Shown: one piece after another, positions 9,306 to 19,253 of the stretch
Layout: each line of letters starts with the position of its first letter
How positions within the stretch are numbered: position 1 is the first letter of the stretch
Source of the DNA: Candidatus Methylomirabilis sp.
Lineage (GTDB): Bacteria > Methylomirabilota > Methylomirabilia > Methylomirabilales > Methylomirabilaceae
NCBI GenBank assembly: GCA_041498975.1
Contig: JBGQJI010000005.1
Span: 1 to 37,962 of the forward strand
Length of the DNA: 37,962 nucleotides
Reading direction: 5' to 3'
The notes under the pieces: model-generated
The model's input: the letters and a program-made list of their open reading frames with translations, nothing else
Told to the model about the DNA's origin: nothing
Database searches by the model: none
Program-made: the position numbers and the translations under genes

Positions 9306-10450
9306 TATCCGATCTCCGTCTTCTTCATTCCACCCCGCACTTCGCACTTCGCACCCCGCACTTCGCGCCCCTCAAACTGTCTCACCACCTGGGTCAATCC
9401 ATCCAGGAACTGCTCGTTCTCCTCTGCCGTGCCGATGGTGACCCGGAGGCAGTCGTTCAGGCCAAGAGCTGACCCCAGATTCCGCACCAGGACGCCCTCC
9501 GCCAGCAATGCTTCAAACACTCGATCGCCCGGAAGCCTGGTCCGGAATAGGACGAAGTTTGCCTCGGAGGGGAAGGTCTCGATCCCGGCCATCGCGGTCA
9601 ATCGATCCATGACGTGCGCCCGCTCCCGGACGATCTCTCGAACATTGGCATCGATCCACTCTCGATGCCGCAGCAGCACCACCGCTGCCGCCTGGGAAAA
9701 GGCATTCACATTGAATGGCAGGCGGACCTTCTCCAGTTCCGCGGCAAGCGAAGGATGGACCACGACGTATCCAACCCGCAGGCCGGCCAACCCCACCTTG
9801 GAGAGCGTGCGGAGGATCACCAGTCGCTCCTGCTCGACCAGGTGCGGCAGCATCGTCCTTCCGGCATAGGCGCCGTAGGCTTCATCGACCACGACCAATC
9901 CTGGGGAGGCCGCCAGGATCTTCAAGATCTCCGCCTCAGAGAAGACGCCACCCGTCGGGTTGTTGGGCGTGGCGAGAAAGACCGCCCTGGGGCGCACCTG
10001 CTCGATCATATCGATCATCCCGGGCAGGTCCGCCTCAAAACCGGGCGCGAGAGGAGCCCCCTCGAAGCGAAGCCCCTGAGCTCTCGCGATCAACTCGTAC
10101 ATCGAGAAGGTCGGGACCGGCGCGAGGACCGTTTCACCGGGCCTCCCGATCGCCAGGAGCAACAGTTGGATCAGCTCATCGGACCCGTTGCCCAGGACGA
10201 GTTGTCCCGGCGTCACCCCATGCTCAGCAGCCAGGACCGATCGGAGACCATCTGCTTTGGGATCTGGGTAGCGATTGACCGCCACCTGCCCCAGAGACTG
10301 GAGCAACTCCTGCCGAAGCCCCTCCGTGAGGGGAAACGGGCTCTCGTTGGCATCCAGCTTCACGAGATCGGGCCGTGGTTCCTCGGCCCGATACGCCGTG
10401 AGCCCCCGCACTTCGGGTTTGATGAGATCGAGAAGGCGGGTCGGCTTCAT
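9305..10450 (-). CDS. hisC: Histidinol-phosphate aminotransferase
   Basis: KLDANESP, NRYPDP, GNGSDELI, PNNPTG, DEAY, RTLSKVGLAGLRVGY. ATG 10450 overlaps the hisD TGA (ATGA). Confidence 0.95.
   Translation of the reverse strand: MKPTRLLDLIKPEVRGLTAYRAEEPRPDLVKLDANESPFPLTEGLRQELLQSLGQVAVNRYPDPKADGLRSVLAAEHGVTPGQLVLGNGSDELIQLLLLAIGRPGETVLAPVPTFSMYELIARAQGLRFEGAPLAPGFEADLPGMIDMIEQVRPRAVFLATPNNPTGGVFSEAEILKILAASPGLVVVDEAYGAYAGRTMLPHLVEQERLVILRTLSKVGLAGLRVGYVVVHPSLAAELEKVRLPFNVNAFSQAAAVVLLRHREWIDANVREIVRERAHVMDRLTAMAGIETFPSEANFVLFRTRLPGDRVFEALLAEGVLVRNLGSALGLNDCLRVTIGTAEENEQFLDGLTQVVRQFEGREVRGAKCEVRGGMKKTEIG
9333..9371. repeat. Heptamer array (CGCACTT/CGCACCC family) in the hisC 3' end
   Basis: CCCGCAC TTCGCAC TTCGCAC CCCGCAC TTCGCGC; encodes EVRGAKCEVRG. 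Confidence 0.85.
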
Positions 10451-11805
10451 GGTACGTGGGGGGTGCGGGGTGCGGGGTGCGGGGTGGGCTCCTCTCGCAC
10501 CTCGCATTTCGGACCGCGGCCCTCGCACCTTATCGCCGCGGCCCTCGCATGGGCCTCAAGACCCTCCAGGCGGGCCAGCTCCACCAGTGCCGGCGCCAGC
10601 GACTCCAACTTCTCCCGGCTGAAGGCGATCAGCGATGGCCAGCGCAGAAAATCATCCACGGAGAGCGGCGAGGCAAAACGCGCCGTCCCGCCGGTAGGCA
10701 AGACATGGCTCGGCCCGGCCAGGTAGTCGCCCAACACCTCCGGGCTTGTGCTGCCCAGGAAGATGGCGCCGGCATGTCTGACCCTCGGCAGAAGCGCCCA
10801 CGGGTCTTTGACCAACAGCTCCAGGTGTTCCGGCGCAATCTCGTTGGCCAATTCAGCCGCCTCGATCAGGTCCCCGACGACGACGGCCGCCCCGAATCCT
10901 TCGAGGGACGCCTCCGCGATGTCCCGCCTCGGCAGCACGGCCACCTGACGTTTCACCTCGTCTGACACCTCCTCAGCCATTCGTTGGGACGGCGTGAGCA
11001 GCACCGCGCTAGAAACCGGATCGTGCTCTGCCTGAGACAGGAGGTCGGCGGCGGCCCAGTCTGCTCTGGCCTCCTCGTCGGCAATGACCAACAGCTCGGT
11101 AGGCCCAGCGATCATATCGATCCCGACCTGCCCGAAGACCAGACGCTTCGCTGCCGCGACGTAGATATTCCCGGGCCCGACGATCTTATCCACCTTCGGG
11201 ATCGAAGCGGTCCCGTACGCCATGGCGGCCACTGCCTGAACACCGCCCACTTTATAGATCGCGCGCACACCGGCGAGGTGAGCGGCAGCCAGAACAGCAG
11301 GTGCTACCCTGCCATCCCGCCGCACCGGCGTGCACATCACGATCTCCTGCACTCCGGCAATCGCGGCGGGGATCGCGCTCATGAGGACCGTCGATGGGTA
11401 GGCCGCGGTGCCGCCCTGGACATAAATTCCCACCCGCTCCAGCGGGCGGCAAAGCTGTCCGACGATCGCCCCGTCCTCCTCTGCAAACCACGAGACGCGG
11501 ACCTGGCGGAGATGGAATGCCCTGATTCGCGACGCCGCCGTCTCAAGCGCCTCAAGGGAAGCAGGCGCCAGCGCAGCATAGGCCTCCGTGATCTCCTCCG
11601 GCATCACCCTCACCGAGGCGGCATCAAGCCGGGCGCCGTCGAACCGCGCCGCCTGTTCGAAGAGGGCTGCGTCCCCACCTGTCCTGACACTTTCCAGGAT
11701 GGCTCGAGCCGACTGCTCAACCTCGGCAGGGATCGTGCCCTGCCGCGCCTTGAGGTGGGCGAGAAAGGCCTGACACTCGCGCGACCCGGCCTTCAGTATC
11801 CTCAT
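10447..11805 (-). CDS. hisD: Histidinol dehydrogenase with a repeat-derived C-terminal tail
   Basis: KIVGPGNIYVAAAK, IDMIAGPTE, SQAEHD, APEHLEL, GDYLAGPSHVLPT, EGLEAHARAA. Confidence 0.95.
   Translation of the reverse strand: MRILKAGSRECQAFLAHLKARQGTIPAEVEQSARAILESVRTGGDAALFEQAARFDGARLDAASVRVMPEEITEAYAALAPASLEALETAASRIRAFHLRQVRVSWFAEEDGAIVGQLCRPLERVGIYVQGGTAAYPSTVLMSAIPAAIAGVQEIVMCTPVRRDGRVAPAVLAAAHLAGVRAIYKVGGVQAVAAMAYGTASIPKVDKIVGPGNIYVAAAKRLVFGQVGIDMIAGPTELLVIADEEARADWAAADLLSQAEHDPVSSAVLLTPSQRMAEEVSDEVKRQVAVLPRRDIAEASLEGFGAAVVVGDLIEAAELANEIAPEHLELLVKDPWALLPRVRHAGAIFLGSTSPEVLGDYLAGPSHVLPTGGTARFASPLSVDDFLRWPSLIAFSREKLESLAPALVELARLEGLEAHARAAAIRCEGRGPKCEVREEPTPHPAPRTPHVP
10455..10530. repeat. 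Palindromic heptamer array (GGGGTGC...GCACCTC family) forming the hisD tail
   Basis: About four GGGGTGC units, spacer GCTCCT, then TCGCACC/TCGCATT-type units. Confidence 0.85.
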
Positions 11806-12467
11806 TCGCGCGCCTCTCCCGGACGCCGCTCGACCTGCTTCCGGATCTGTTCGATCAGTGTCTGAACCCTGAGGTACTTCGTCTTGAGGCTCGCGCGATT
11901 GACGATGAGCCGTGCCGTGGCCCTGGCGATCTCCTCGACCTCCACTAACCCGTTCTCCTTAAGGGTTTGGCCCGTTGCCACTAAGTCCACGATCCGTTCT
12001 GCCAGGCCCACAAGGGGCGCAAGCTCGAGAGAACCGGTCAACTTGATGATCTCCGCCTGGATCCCCTTTCGGCTGAAGAACTGTTCGGCGAGGTTGGGAT
12101 ATTTGGTGGCAACCCTCAAGTACGACCAGGAACGAGGGTCGTCCTTCTCGCGCAGTTCAGCCGGCTCCGCGACGACGAGCCGGCAGGCCCCGAAGCCGAG
12201 GTCCAATGGTTCGTAGATATCCCGATGCTGCTCGAGAAGCTGGTCCTTCCCTACGATTCCCATGTCGGCAGCTCCGTGCTCAACGTAGGTGGGGATATCG
12301 GAGGGCCTCAGCGTAAGGAACCGGAGCTGTCGCTCCTGGTCCTCGCAGATCAACCGGCGCGAATCAGAGAATCCTTTCACGCAGGAAATGCCCATGCCCT
12401 CGAATAGTTGAAGGGCATCGATCAAGAGCCGACCCTTCGGGAGCGCAATGGCGATTAACTCATTCAT
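11802..12467 (-). CDS. hisG: ATP phosphoribosyltransferase, short form
   Basis: IALPKGRL, DIPTYVEHGAADMGIVGKD, RVATKYP, GSLELAP, IVDLVATGQTLKENGL; no C-terminal regulatory domain. The alternative start at 12479 lies within the repeat. Confidence 0.95.
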   Translation of the reverse strand: MNELIAIALPKGRLLIDALQLFEGMGISCVKGFSDSRRLICEDQERQLRFLTLRPSDIPTYVEHGAADMGIVGKDQLLEQHRDIYEPLDLGFGACRLVVAEPAELREKDDPRSWSYLRVATKYPNLAEQFFSRKGIQAEIIKLTGSLELAPLVGLAERIVDLVATGQTLKENGLVEVEEIARATARLIVNRASLKTKYLRVQTLIEQIRKQVERRPGEARE

Positions 12468-12470
12468 TAA

Positions 12471-12600
12471 AGGTTCCATGCGCCAGGTTCCGGGTTCCGG
12501 GTTCCATGTTCCAAGTCCAGGGTTCAGCGTTCAAGGTTCAAGGTTCGAAGTTGCAAAATCAGCCCCTCAACATTGAACCTCGAACATCGAACTTTGAACA
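12471..12600. repeat. Palindromic heptamer array between murA and hisG
   Basis: GGGTTCC/AGGTTCA-type units followed by TTGAACC/TCGAACA/TCGAACT-type units. Confidence 0.9.
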
Positions 12601-12606
12601 GTCCGC

Positions 12607-13863
12607 TTATTCGGGGACTCGCTCGATGTCGGCACCGAGACCGAGCAGCTTGCGCTCAAGCGACTCGTATCCCCGATCAAGATGGTAGACCCTCGAGAGT
12701 GTCGTCACCCCATTCGCAGCCAACCCCGCCAGAACCAGCGAAGCGCTCGCGCGGAGGTCGGTGGCCATCACAGGTGCGCCCGACATCCTAGGGACCCCTT
12801 GGACGAAGGCCGCGTTGCCAAGCACCTTGATATCAGCCCCCATCCTCAACAGCTCATTCACATGCATGAACCGGTTCTCAAAAACCGTCTCGGTGATCAC
12901 GCTGGTGCCTTCTGCGGTGCACAGGAGGGCCATCATCTGCGCCTGCATATCGGTTGCGAAGCCGGGATAAGGGTGTGTCCTGATGTTGATGCCACGCACC
13001 GACCGGTCTGCCCAGACTCGTATCCTGTGATCTCCCCACTCTACGCCCACGCCAGCTTCTTGCAGTGTGTCGGCAAAGGCTTCCAGGTGCTGCGGAAGGC
13101 AGCGATTGACCGTCACATCGCCGCCGGTGATGGCGGCGGCGACCATGAAGGTCCCAGTTTCGATTCTGTCCGGGATCACCTCGTGGTCCGCCCCATGCAG
13201 CGATTCGACACCCTCGATACAGATCGTGGGGGTTCCGGCGCCCTTGACTCTCGCACCCATGCGATTCAGGAGAGCGGCAAGATCAGACACCTCGGGCTCG
13301 CATGCTGCGTTCTCCAGTACGGTCGCGCCGTCTGCCAGGGTGGCGGCCATCATCAGGTTCTCGGTGCCGGTGACGGTCTGGCCATCGAACGCAATCCGGG
13401 CGCCCTTCAGGCGTGACGCCTTCGCCTCCACGTATCCGGCATCCAGGTTGATCTTCGCGCCCATCTTCTCCAGACTCGCGAGATGTAAATTGATCGGCCG
13501 CGGGCCGATGGCGCAGCCCCCCGGCAATGAGACCCGTGCCCGGCCGAAGCGGGTGAGCAGAGGCCCCAGAACCAGCACCGATGCCCGCATCGTCTTGACC
13601 AGCCCATAGGGAGCCTCCAATTCGCCCACCCGAGCTGCGCACAGGGTCAACGTCTTCTGGCCAAATCCTTCGACCCACACACCCAGATGGCTCAGCAGGG
13701 CAGTGATAGTTCTCACGTCGCCCAGTCTCGGGACGCGAAAGAGCCGGATCGGCTCCCCCGTCAGCAACGAGGCGGCCATGGCGGGCAAGGCGGCGTTCTT
13801 TGCGCCACTTGCATCCACCTGACCCCTAAGGGGAATCCCGCCCCTGATGATCAGCTTATCCAT
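12607..13863 (-). CDS. murA: UDP-N-acetylglucosamine 1-carboxyvinyltransferase
   Basis: [32 protein letters not shown] (catalytic Cys present), DRIETGT, TDLRASA, HLDRGYE. Confidence 0.97.
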   Translation of the reverse strand: MDKLIIRGGIPLRGQVDASGAKNAALPAMAASLLTGEPIRLFRVPRLGDVRTITALLSHLGVWVEGFGQKTLTLCAARVGELEAPYGLVKTMRASVLVLGPLLTRFGRARVSLPGGCAIGPRPINLHLASLEKMGAKINLDAGYVEAKASRLKGARIAFDGQTVTGTENLMMAATLADGATVLENAACEPEVSDLAALLNRMGARVKGAGTPTICIEGVESLHGADHEVIPDRIETGTFMVAAAITGGDVTVNRCLPQHLEAFADTLQEAGVGVEWGDHRIRVWADRSVRGINIRTHPYPGFATDMQAQMMALLCTAEGTSVITETVFENRFMHVNELLRMGADIKVLGNAAFVQGVPRMSGAPVMATDLRASASLVLAGLAANGVTTLSRVYHLDRGYESLERKLLGLGADIERVPE

Positions 13864-14914
13864 GTGGCCTCGGTCTCCGTTGCGCCAGGATGACTCGGTC
13901 ACGTCCTGAGAGATCCTGTTTCACCCCGACCGGTCCGAAGATTTCGGTCTCGTCGATCAGTCTCATTACAGAGGGCGCCTGACCCTCGCCGATCTCGACG
14001 GCCAACCACCCATTTGCCCGAAGCCGCGCCGGCACCTCCTCGATAATTCGCCGATGAAAGTGCAGCCCGTCCTCGCCGCCGTCAAGGGCTTGATGGGGCT
14101 CGTAAGCGAGAACCTCCGGAGGAAGCCTGGAGAGCTGACCCGAAGGGATGTACGGTGGATTTGAGACGATCAGGTCAAACCCGTGTTGGATCGCACGAAG
14201 CGGCTCAAACAGATCCCCTTGCACGAAGCGAACCTTGCCCGCGAGTCCCAAAGCCTTCGCGTTCCTGCTGGCGATCCGCACGGCATCCGCAGAGCTGTCG
14301 AGCGCATAGAGGCGCGCGTGAGGGATCTCTCTGGCCAACGCGAGCGCGATGGCGCCACAGCCGGTGCCAAGGTCTAGAATCCTAAGTTCCGGGTTTCGGG
14401 TTTCGGGTTTACACCCTGGAGCCTGCCATTCGGAACTTGGAACCCCTATCGACTCGAAACTCGAAACTCGAAACTCGAAACGTATCTTCTCAAGGACTGC
14501 TTCGACCAGCGTTTCGGTTTCCGGCCTCGGGATCAGGACGCCACGGCCCACCGAAAGGGAGAGGGACCAGAACTCCTTCACCCCTAGGATGTACGCGATC
14601 GGCTCTCTTGCCTCGCGACGGCACAGCATCGCCTCCAGGAGGTCAGATGTCCCGGATGCAATCGCTCGCTCCGGTTCCACGATGAACCGCCACCGCCGGA
14701 CCCCCGAGGCGGCCTCCATGAGGCAGGCAGCGTCGAGTAACGCGCTGTCAACATCGGCACGTGCCAGGCGCTCAACTGCGCGACGATACGTGAACACGCG
14801 TGGGGTGCGGGGCGCAGGGTGCGGGGTGCGCTCCTTTCGCACCTCGCGCTTCACGCTTCGCACCATGTACTCCATGTCTTGCACTTGCCCCGCCGGCATT
14901 GAACCCGTCTTCAC
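13856..14914 (-). CDS. prmC: Release factor glutamine methyltransferase with two repeat-derived insertions
   Basis: [48 protein letters not shown]; follows prfA. Start uncertain. Confidence 0.93.
   Translation of the reverse strand: MKTGSMPAGQVQDMEYMVRSVKREVRKERTPHPAPRTPRVFTYRRAVERLARADVDSALLDAACLMEAASGVRRWRFIVEPERAIASGTSDLLEAMLCRREAREPIAYILGVKEFWSLSLSVGRGVLIPRPETETLVEAVLEKIRFEFRVSSFESIGVPSSEWQAPGCKPETRNPELRILDLGTGCGAIALALAREIPHARLYALDSSADAVRIASRNAKALGLAGKVRFVQGDLFEPLRAIQHGFDLIVSNPPYIPSGQLSRLPPEVLAYEPHQALDGGEDGLHFHRRIIEEVPARLRANGWLAVEIGEGQAPSVMRLIDETEIFGPVGVKQDLSGRDRVILAQRRPRPHG
14385..14481. repeat. Palindromic heptamer array inside prmC
   Basis: Three GGGTTTC-type units ... four CTCGAAA units; translated as FEFRVSSFE...KPETRNPE. 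Confidence 0.9.
14797..14863. repeat. Palindromic heptamer array (GGGGTGC family) in the prmC 5' end
   Basis: About four GGGGTGC-type units, spacer GCTCCT, then TCGCACC/TCGCGCT/TCACGCT/TCGCACC; translated as [22 protein letters not shown]. Confidence 0.85.
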
Positions 14915-14927
14915 GTCACGGCTCTTC

Positions 14928-16013
14928 TTAAAGCAAGGCCTTCAATCGTTCGTGTTGATCGTGCGCCGCCAGTTGCCTGATCAGCTCCTCCAGCTCCCCC
15001 TCCAGGGTTCGCTGGAGGTTATGAAGGGTGAGGCCGATCCGGTGGTCAGTCACCCGGCCCTGCGGGAAATTATAGGTTCGAATCCGCTCACTCCGGTCCC
15101 CTGTCCCGACCTGTTGACGGCGCGTCTCGGAGATCTCTGCCTCCTTTTCCGCTCTAGCGAGCTCGAGCAACCTCGCCCGCAAGACTTTCATCGCCTTGGC
15201 ACGGTTCTTGTGTTGCGACTTCTCGTCCTGACAAGTGACCACCATTCCGGTCGGAAGGTGCGTGATCCGCACGGCCGAATCGGTGGTATTCACAGACTGC
15301 CCCCCGGGACCGGTGGATCGGAAGACATCGATCCGCAGGTCCTTGGGATCGATCTGCACCTCCACCTCCTCCGCCTCAGGCAGAACCGCCACCGTGACAG
15401 TGGAGGTATGGATTCGGCCACTCGATTCAGTGACAGGCACCCGCTGCACACGATGGACGCCGCTCTCGAACTTGAGGCGGCTGTAAGCTCCGCGCCCTTC
15501 GATGCTGAAGATCGCCTCCTTCACCCCACCGACACCGGTCTGGTTGGAAGAGAGCATCTCCACCTTCCAGCCCTGTGACTCGGCGAATCGGCTGTACATC
15601 CTGACCAGCTCGGCGGCGAAGAGCGCGGCCTCTTCGCCGCCAGTTCCTGCCCGCACCTCCAGAATGATATTTTTCTCGTCGGCCGGATCTCGCGGGAGCA
15701 GCAGAAGCTTCAGCTCTTCCTCCATCTTCTCCCGCTTGACCGCCAAATCCTGCAGCTCCGCCTCCGCCAGCTCACGCATGTCATCGTCCTCGCCGCTGCC
15801 GAGCAGCGCCCGCGTCTCCTCCGCGCTCGAGAGGATCTTCCGGTAGCGCCGGTACGCTTCCACGACCGGCTCCAGATCCGCATGCGCCTTGGCCAAGCGC
15901 TGAAAGCGCGCTTGATCGCCGATGACAGCCGGATCACCCATCTGCAGCACGATCTCCTGAAGACGCTGCTCGACGGCCTCCAGGCGCTCCAGCAACTCCG
16001 GCATCGAGATCAC
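14928..16013 (-). CDS. prfA: Peptide chain release factor 1
   Basis: [12 protein letters not shown] (PxT motif), [22 protein letters not shown]. Start may be ATG 16004. Confidence 0.97.
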   Translation of the reverse strand: MISMPELLERLEAVEQRLQEIVLQMGDPAVIGDQARFQRLAKAHADLEPVVEAYRRYRKILSSAEETRALLGSGEDDDMRELAEAELQDLAVKREKMEEELKLLLLPRDPADEKNIILEVRAGTGGEEAALFAAELVRMYSRFAESQGWKVEMLSSNQTGVGGVKEAIFSIEGRGAYSRLKFESGVHRVQRVPVTESSGRIHTSTVTVAVLPEAEEVEVQIDPKDLRIDVFRSTGPGGQSVNTTDSAVRITHLPTGMVVTCQDEKSQHKNRAKAMKVLRARLLELARAEKEAEISETRRQQVGTGDRSERIRTYNFPQGRVTDHRIGLTLHNLQRTLEGELEELIRQLAAHDQHERLKALL

Positions 16014-16037
16014 CCTCCCTGATGGAGCGGCCTCTCG

Positions 16038-16313
16038 TTATGAGGCCACTTCCCCTGGCGCCACTGCGGGGGACTCAACAGGAGCGCCCTCCTCGACCGT
16101 TGCCTCCGCCTTCGGCTTCTTGCGATACTTCCTCCGGAACCGATCGACCCGGCCTTCGGTGTCGATCAGTTTCTGCCGTCCGGTGAAGAGCGGGTGGCAC
16201 TTGGAACAGATTTCCACGCGGAGAGCTGGGGCCGTAGAGCGGGTGTGAATCACCTCGCCGCAGGCACACGTCATCGTAGTGGGCTGATAGTTGGGGTGGA
16301 TATCAGGCTTCAT
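16038..16313 (-). CDS. rpmE: 50S ribosomal protein L31 (zinc-binding type)
   Basis: [13 protein letters not shown]...[18 protein letters not shown]. Confidence 0.96.
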   Translation of the reverse strand: MKPDIHPNYQPTTMTCACGEVIHTRSTAPALRVEICSKCHPLFTGRQKLIDTEGRVDRFRRKYRKKPKAEATVEEGAPVESPAVAPGEVAS

Positions 16314-16325
16314 GACTCTCCCTCC

Positions 16326-16518
16326 CTAGTGCCGGGCCAATCAACGTCGCCTAGCTGGGTTGCTAGCCCCTGGGGCCCTCCCTGCGACGTACCTGACAAC
16401 GTACGCCGGGTACCCGCGCAGTGGTTGCGGCCCCAAGGCGCCGCGCCTTGCTATGCTCGTTCCTGGGCCCGGGACGGCGTGCGTCAACTCTTCAAGAAAA
16501 GAGTTTGGAGCGCACTGG
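16326..16518. mobile_element. MITE-like element, copy 1
   Basis: Starts CTAGTGCCGGGCCAA. Degenerate inverted end TGGGCCCGGGACGG (16464-16477), then a second short hairpin unit ending TTGGAGCGCACTGG. About 120 bp homologous to 26675-26798. Confidence 0.7.
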
Positions 16519-16553
16519 AACCTACCGATTTTTCAGTGTCTTAGACGACTCAT

Positions 16554-16583
16554 ATTATACGTCTAAAGGCTGAGACCTCTCAA
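16554..16583 (-). promoter_or_regulatory. Putative sigma70 promoter of the rpmE-prfA-prmC-murA-his cluster
   Basis: TTGAGA (16583-16578), 18 bp, TATAAT (16559-16554). Confidence 0.65.
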
Positions 16584-16584
16584 T

Positions 16585-16615
16585 AAAAATACAGCCCGTC
16601 TCGCGGCGGGCTGTA
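16585..16615 (-). terminator. Intrinsic terminator after rho
   Basis: Minus strand reads TACAGCCCGCC-GCGA-GACGGGCTGTA followed by TTTTTA, 27 bp after the rho stop. Confidence 0.75.
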
Positions 16616-16642
16616 GGTTGGTATCGGTTGTGGGAAAATCGC

Positions 16643-17977
16643 TCAGGAATTCATCGCCTTCAAGAACTCCTCGTTGCTCTTGGTCTCTTTCAATTTCTCA
16701 AGGAGGAGTTCCATTGCCTCCACCACACCCATGGTATGAAGGACCTTGCGGAGGACCCACATGCGATTGAGCTCCTCCTGGGTCAGCAGGAGTTCCTCCT
16801 TGCGGGTGCCTGAGCGGAAGATATCGATGGCAGGGAAGACACGCTTATCCACCAACCTTCGATCCAGGACGAGTTCGCAGTTGCCTGTCCCCTTGAACTC
16901 CTCGAAGATGACATCGTCCATCCGGCTGCCGGTGTCGATGAGGGCCGTGGCCATGATCGTGAGGCTCCCGCCCTCTTCGATGTTCCGAGCGGCCCCAAAA
17001 AAGCGTTTGGGGCGTTGCAGTGCGTTGCTGTCCACTCCACCCGAGAGGACCTTTCCGCTCGGCGGGACGATCGTGTTGTAGGCTCGCCCCAGGCGCGTGA
17101 TGGAGTCCAGCAGGATCACGACATCCCGCTTATGCTCGACCAACCGTTTGGCCTTCTCGATCACCATCTCAGCCACCTGGACGTGGCGCGTGGCCGGTTC
17201 ATCGAACGTCGAGCTCACCACCTCCGCCTTGACGGAGCGCTGGAAGTCTGTCACCTCCTCTGGCCGCTCGTCGATCAGGAGAACGATCAGGATCACCTCG
17301 GGATGGTTTTTTGTGATGCTGTTCGCGATCTTCTGGAGGAGAATAGTCTTGCCCGTCCTTGGCGGAGCGACGATCAATCCGCGCTGCCCCTTGCCGATGG
17401 GTGTGAGGAGATCCATCACTCGCATGTTCAACTCATCAGCGGCGGTCTCAAGGCGAATCCGTTGATTCGGGAAGAGCGGCGTCAGGTTATCGAAGAGGAT
17501 CTTTTCCTTAATCAGCTCCGGGTTTTCGAAGTTGACCGCCTCCACTTTGAGGAGGGCGAAGTAGCGCTCCCCTTCCTTGGGGGGTCTGACCTGCCCCGAC
17601 ACCGTATCGCCTGTCCTCAAATCGAAACGCCGGATCTGAGATGGCGAAACGTAGATGTCGTCGGGCCCTGGCAGGTAGTTGTAGTCCGGCGCCCGCAAGA
17701 ATCCGAATCCGTCGGGCAGGACCTCCAGAACCCCTTCGGCGAAGATCAGCCCGCTTTTCTCCGTTTGCGCCTCAAGGATTTTGAAGATCAGCTCCTGCTT
17801 CCGGAGGCCACTGGCGCCCACAACGTTCAGGTTCCTGGCAATGGAGGTCAGCTCAGAGATGGTCTTCTCCTTCAACTCCACGATGTTCATCGATGCCCCC
17901 CTGGGAAGGGCCGCGGTCGTCTCCTTCGCTTCTGAGGCAGTGGTTCGCCTGGTCGGTTCAGATGTTGATGAGGCCAT
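16643..17977 (-). CDS. rho: Transcription termination factor Rho
   Basis: [66 protein letters not shown] upstream of ATG 17977. Confidence 0.98.
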   Translation of the reverse strand: MASSTSEPTRRTTASEAKETTAALPRGASMNIVELKEKTISELTSIARNLNVVGASGLRKQELIFKILEAQTEKSGLIFAEGVLEVLPDGFGFLRAPDYNYLPGPDDIYVSPSQIRRFDLRTGDTVSGQVRPPKEGERYFALLKVEAVNFENPELIKEKILFDNLTPLFPNQRIRLETAADELNMRVMDLLTPIGKGQRGLIVAPPRTGKTILLQKIANSITKNHPEVILIVLLIDERPEEVTDFQRSVKAEVVSSTFDEPATRHVQVAEMVIEKAKRLVEHKRDVVILLDSITRLGRAYNTIVPPSGKVLSGGVDSNALQRPKRFFGAARNIEEGGSLTIMATALIDTGSRMDDVIFEEFKGTGNCELVLDRRLVDKRVFPAIDIFRSGTRKEELLLTQEELNRMWVLRKVLHTMGVVEAMELLLEKLKETKSNEEFLKAMNS

Positions 17978-18277
17978 CTACGCGCGCTCCTACTCCTTGA
18001 TAATACTGTTGACGATGATCCTGCCTTGCGACCTCGACTTGGTACCCCCCTTACCTGCGAACGATCTGTAGCGTGACGCACATAAGCATGACAGCCCGGT
18101 CACAAGGAATAGGGGCCCTGCCGGAAGCGTGGGAAGCAACGGTCTGAATCGGAATGCAAGATGGGCCAAATCTCAGGCAGCTCCACCCCGGACCAACCTG
18201 CCCTCCACACCTTTGGGCAGGACAATCGAGAATGGACGCTCTACAGAAGTCAAATCCTCAGCGAGAATTTCATTGTC

Positions 18278-18306
18278 AGTCTAGAGAGGCCCATGTGCTT
18301 TGTCAA
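18278..18306 (-). promoter_or_regulatory. Putative sigma70 promoter of rho
   Basis: TTGACA (18306-18301), 17 bp, TAGACT (18283-18278). Confidence 0.7.
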
Positions 18307-18385
18307 GCCTTTTTTCGAGGCTCTTTCAGTGTGAGACCCGTTCGGTTGCGGTTCGGCTGAGCATGAGGCGTGCAGGGTCGCGCGC

Positions 18386-18991
18386 TCACGACGAGGCCTC
18401 GGCGGCCAGTTGCTCCCACAGAGCTTTCACCTGGCGCTCGGTATCTTCGAGGGGTCCTCCATTGTCGATGACGAACTTGGCATGGCGAAGTTTCTCCTCC
18501 CGCCGCATCTGTGACCGGATGCGCCGTAGCGCCTCCTCCCGGCTCAGGCCCATCCGCGACATCAGCCGGTCGAGCTGGACAACTTCGCTCGCGTCGACGA
18601 GGATCATCATGTCGAAGCGGGCGTGCCTCCCGCTCTCGATGAGAAGCGCAGCGTCCAGGAGGCACACGGCTGCCCCGGAAGCGTGCGCCTGCTGGATCCG
18701 CCGCTCGCACTCCTCGACGATAGCCGGATGCAGGATCTCCTCCAATCGGGCGCGGGCCTTGGGGTCTGCGAACACGATGGCGCCCAGTTTCCGCCGGTCG
18801 ATCTGACCCTCCTCCCCTACTACCTCACGGCCGAATGTCGAGATGATCGCGTCGAACACCGGCCGGCCCGGCGCCTGCAGCTCGTGAGCGACCTGATCGG
18901 CATCGATCACCACGGCACCCAACCGCATAAACATGGCTGCGACCGTGCTCTTGCCTGAGCAGATGCCGCCGGTGAGGCCCACCACTAACAT
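18386..18991 (-). CDS. coaE: Dephospho-CoA kinase
   Basis: VGLTGGICSGKSTV, IDADQVAH, LEEILHP, VIDNGG. Confidence 0.96.
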   Translation of the reverse strand: MLVVGLTGGICSGKSTVAAMFMRLGAVVIDADQVAHELQAPGRPVFDAIISTFGREVVGEEGQIDRRKLGAIVFADPKARARLEEILHPAIVEECERRIQQAHASGAAVCLLDAALLIESGRHARFDMMILVDASEVVQLDRLMSRMGLSREEALRRIRSQMRREEKLRHAKFVIDNGGPLEDTERQVKALWEQLAAEASS

Positions 18992-19011
18992 GCGTCCGGC
19001 TCCCCCTCACA

Positions 19012-19253
19012 CTAGTACCGTTCCAACTTTATCCGCCTAACATCACAATGACCCGCAGGCATCCGGATCGGCCGTCGCAACGCCTGGTCATGTGTCCGAA
19101 CAGATTGGGACGGCACGAAGGAACGCGAAAGTTCTTCGCAGGGCTCCTGTGGGCGATTAGTGCCGTTCCAACTATTTGGGCAAGACGATATCTCGGCGAT
19201 TGGCCAAGACAAGTTGGAACGGCATTAGCCGTAACAAGCTGGAACGGCACTAG
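19012..19253. mobile_element. Composite/nested MITE-like element with five terminal-repeat copies
   Basis: CTAGTACCGTTCCAACT (19012-19028) and TTAGTGCCGTTCCAACT (19157-19173) face GATTGGGACGGCACGAA (19103-19119), AGTTGGAACGGCATTAG (19212-19228) and AGCTGGAACGGCACTAG (19237-19253). Bounded by CTAG at both ends. Confidence 0.75.
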
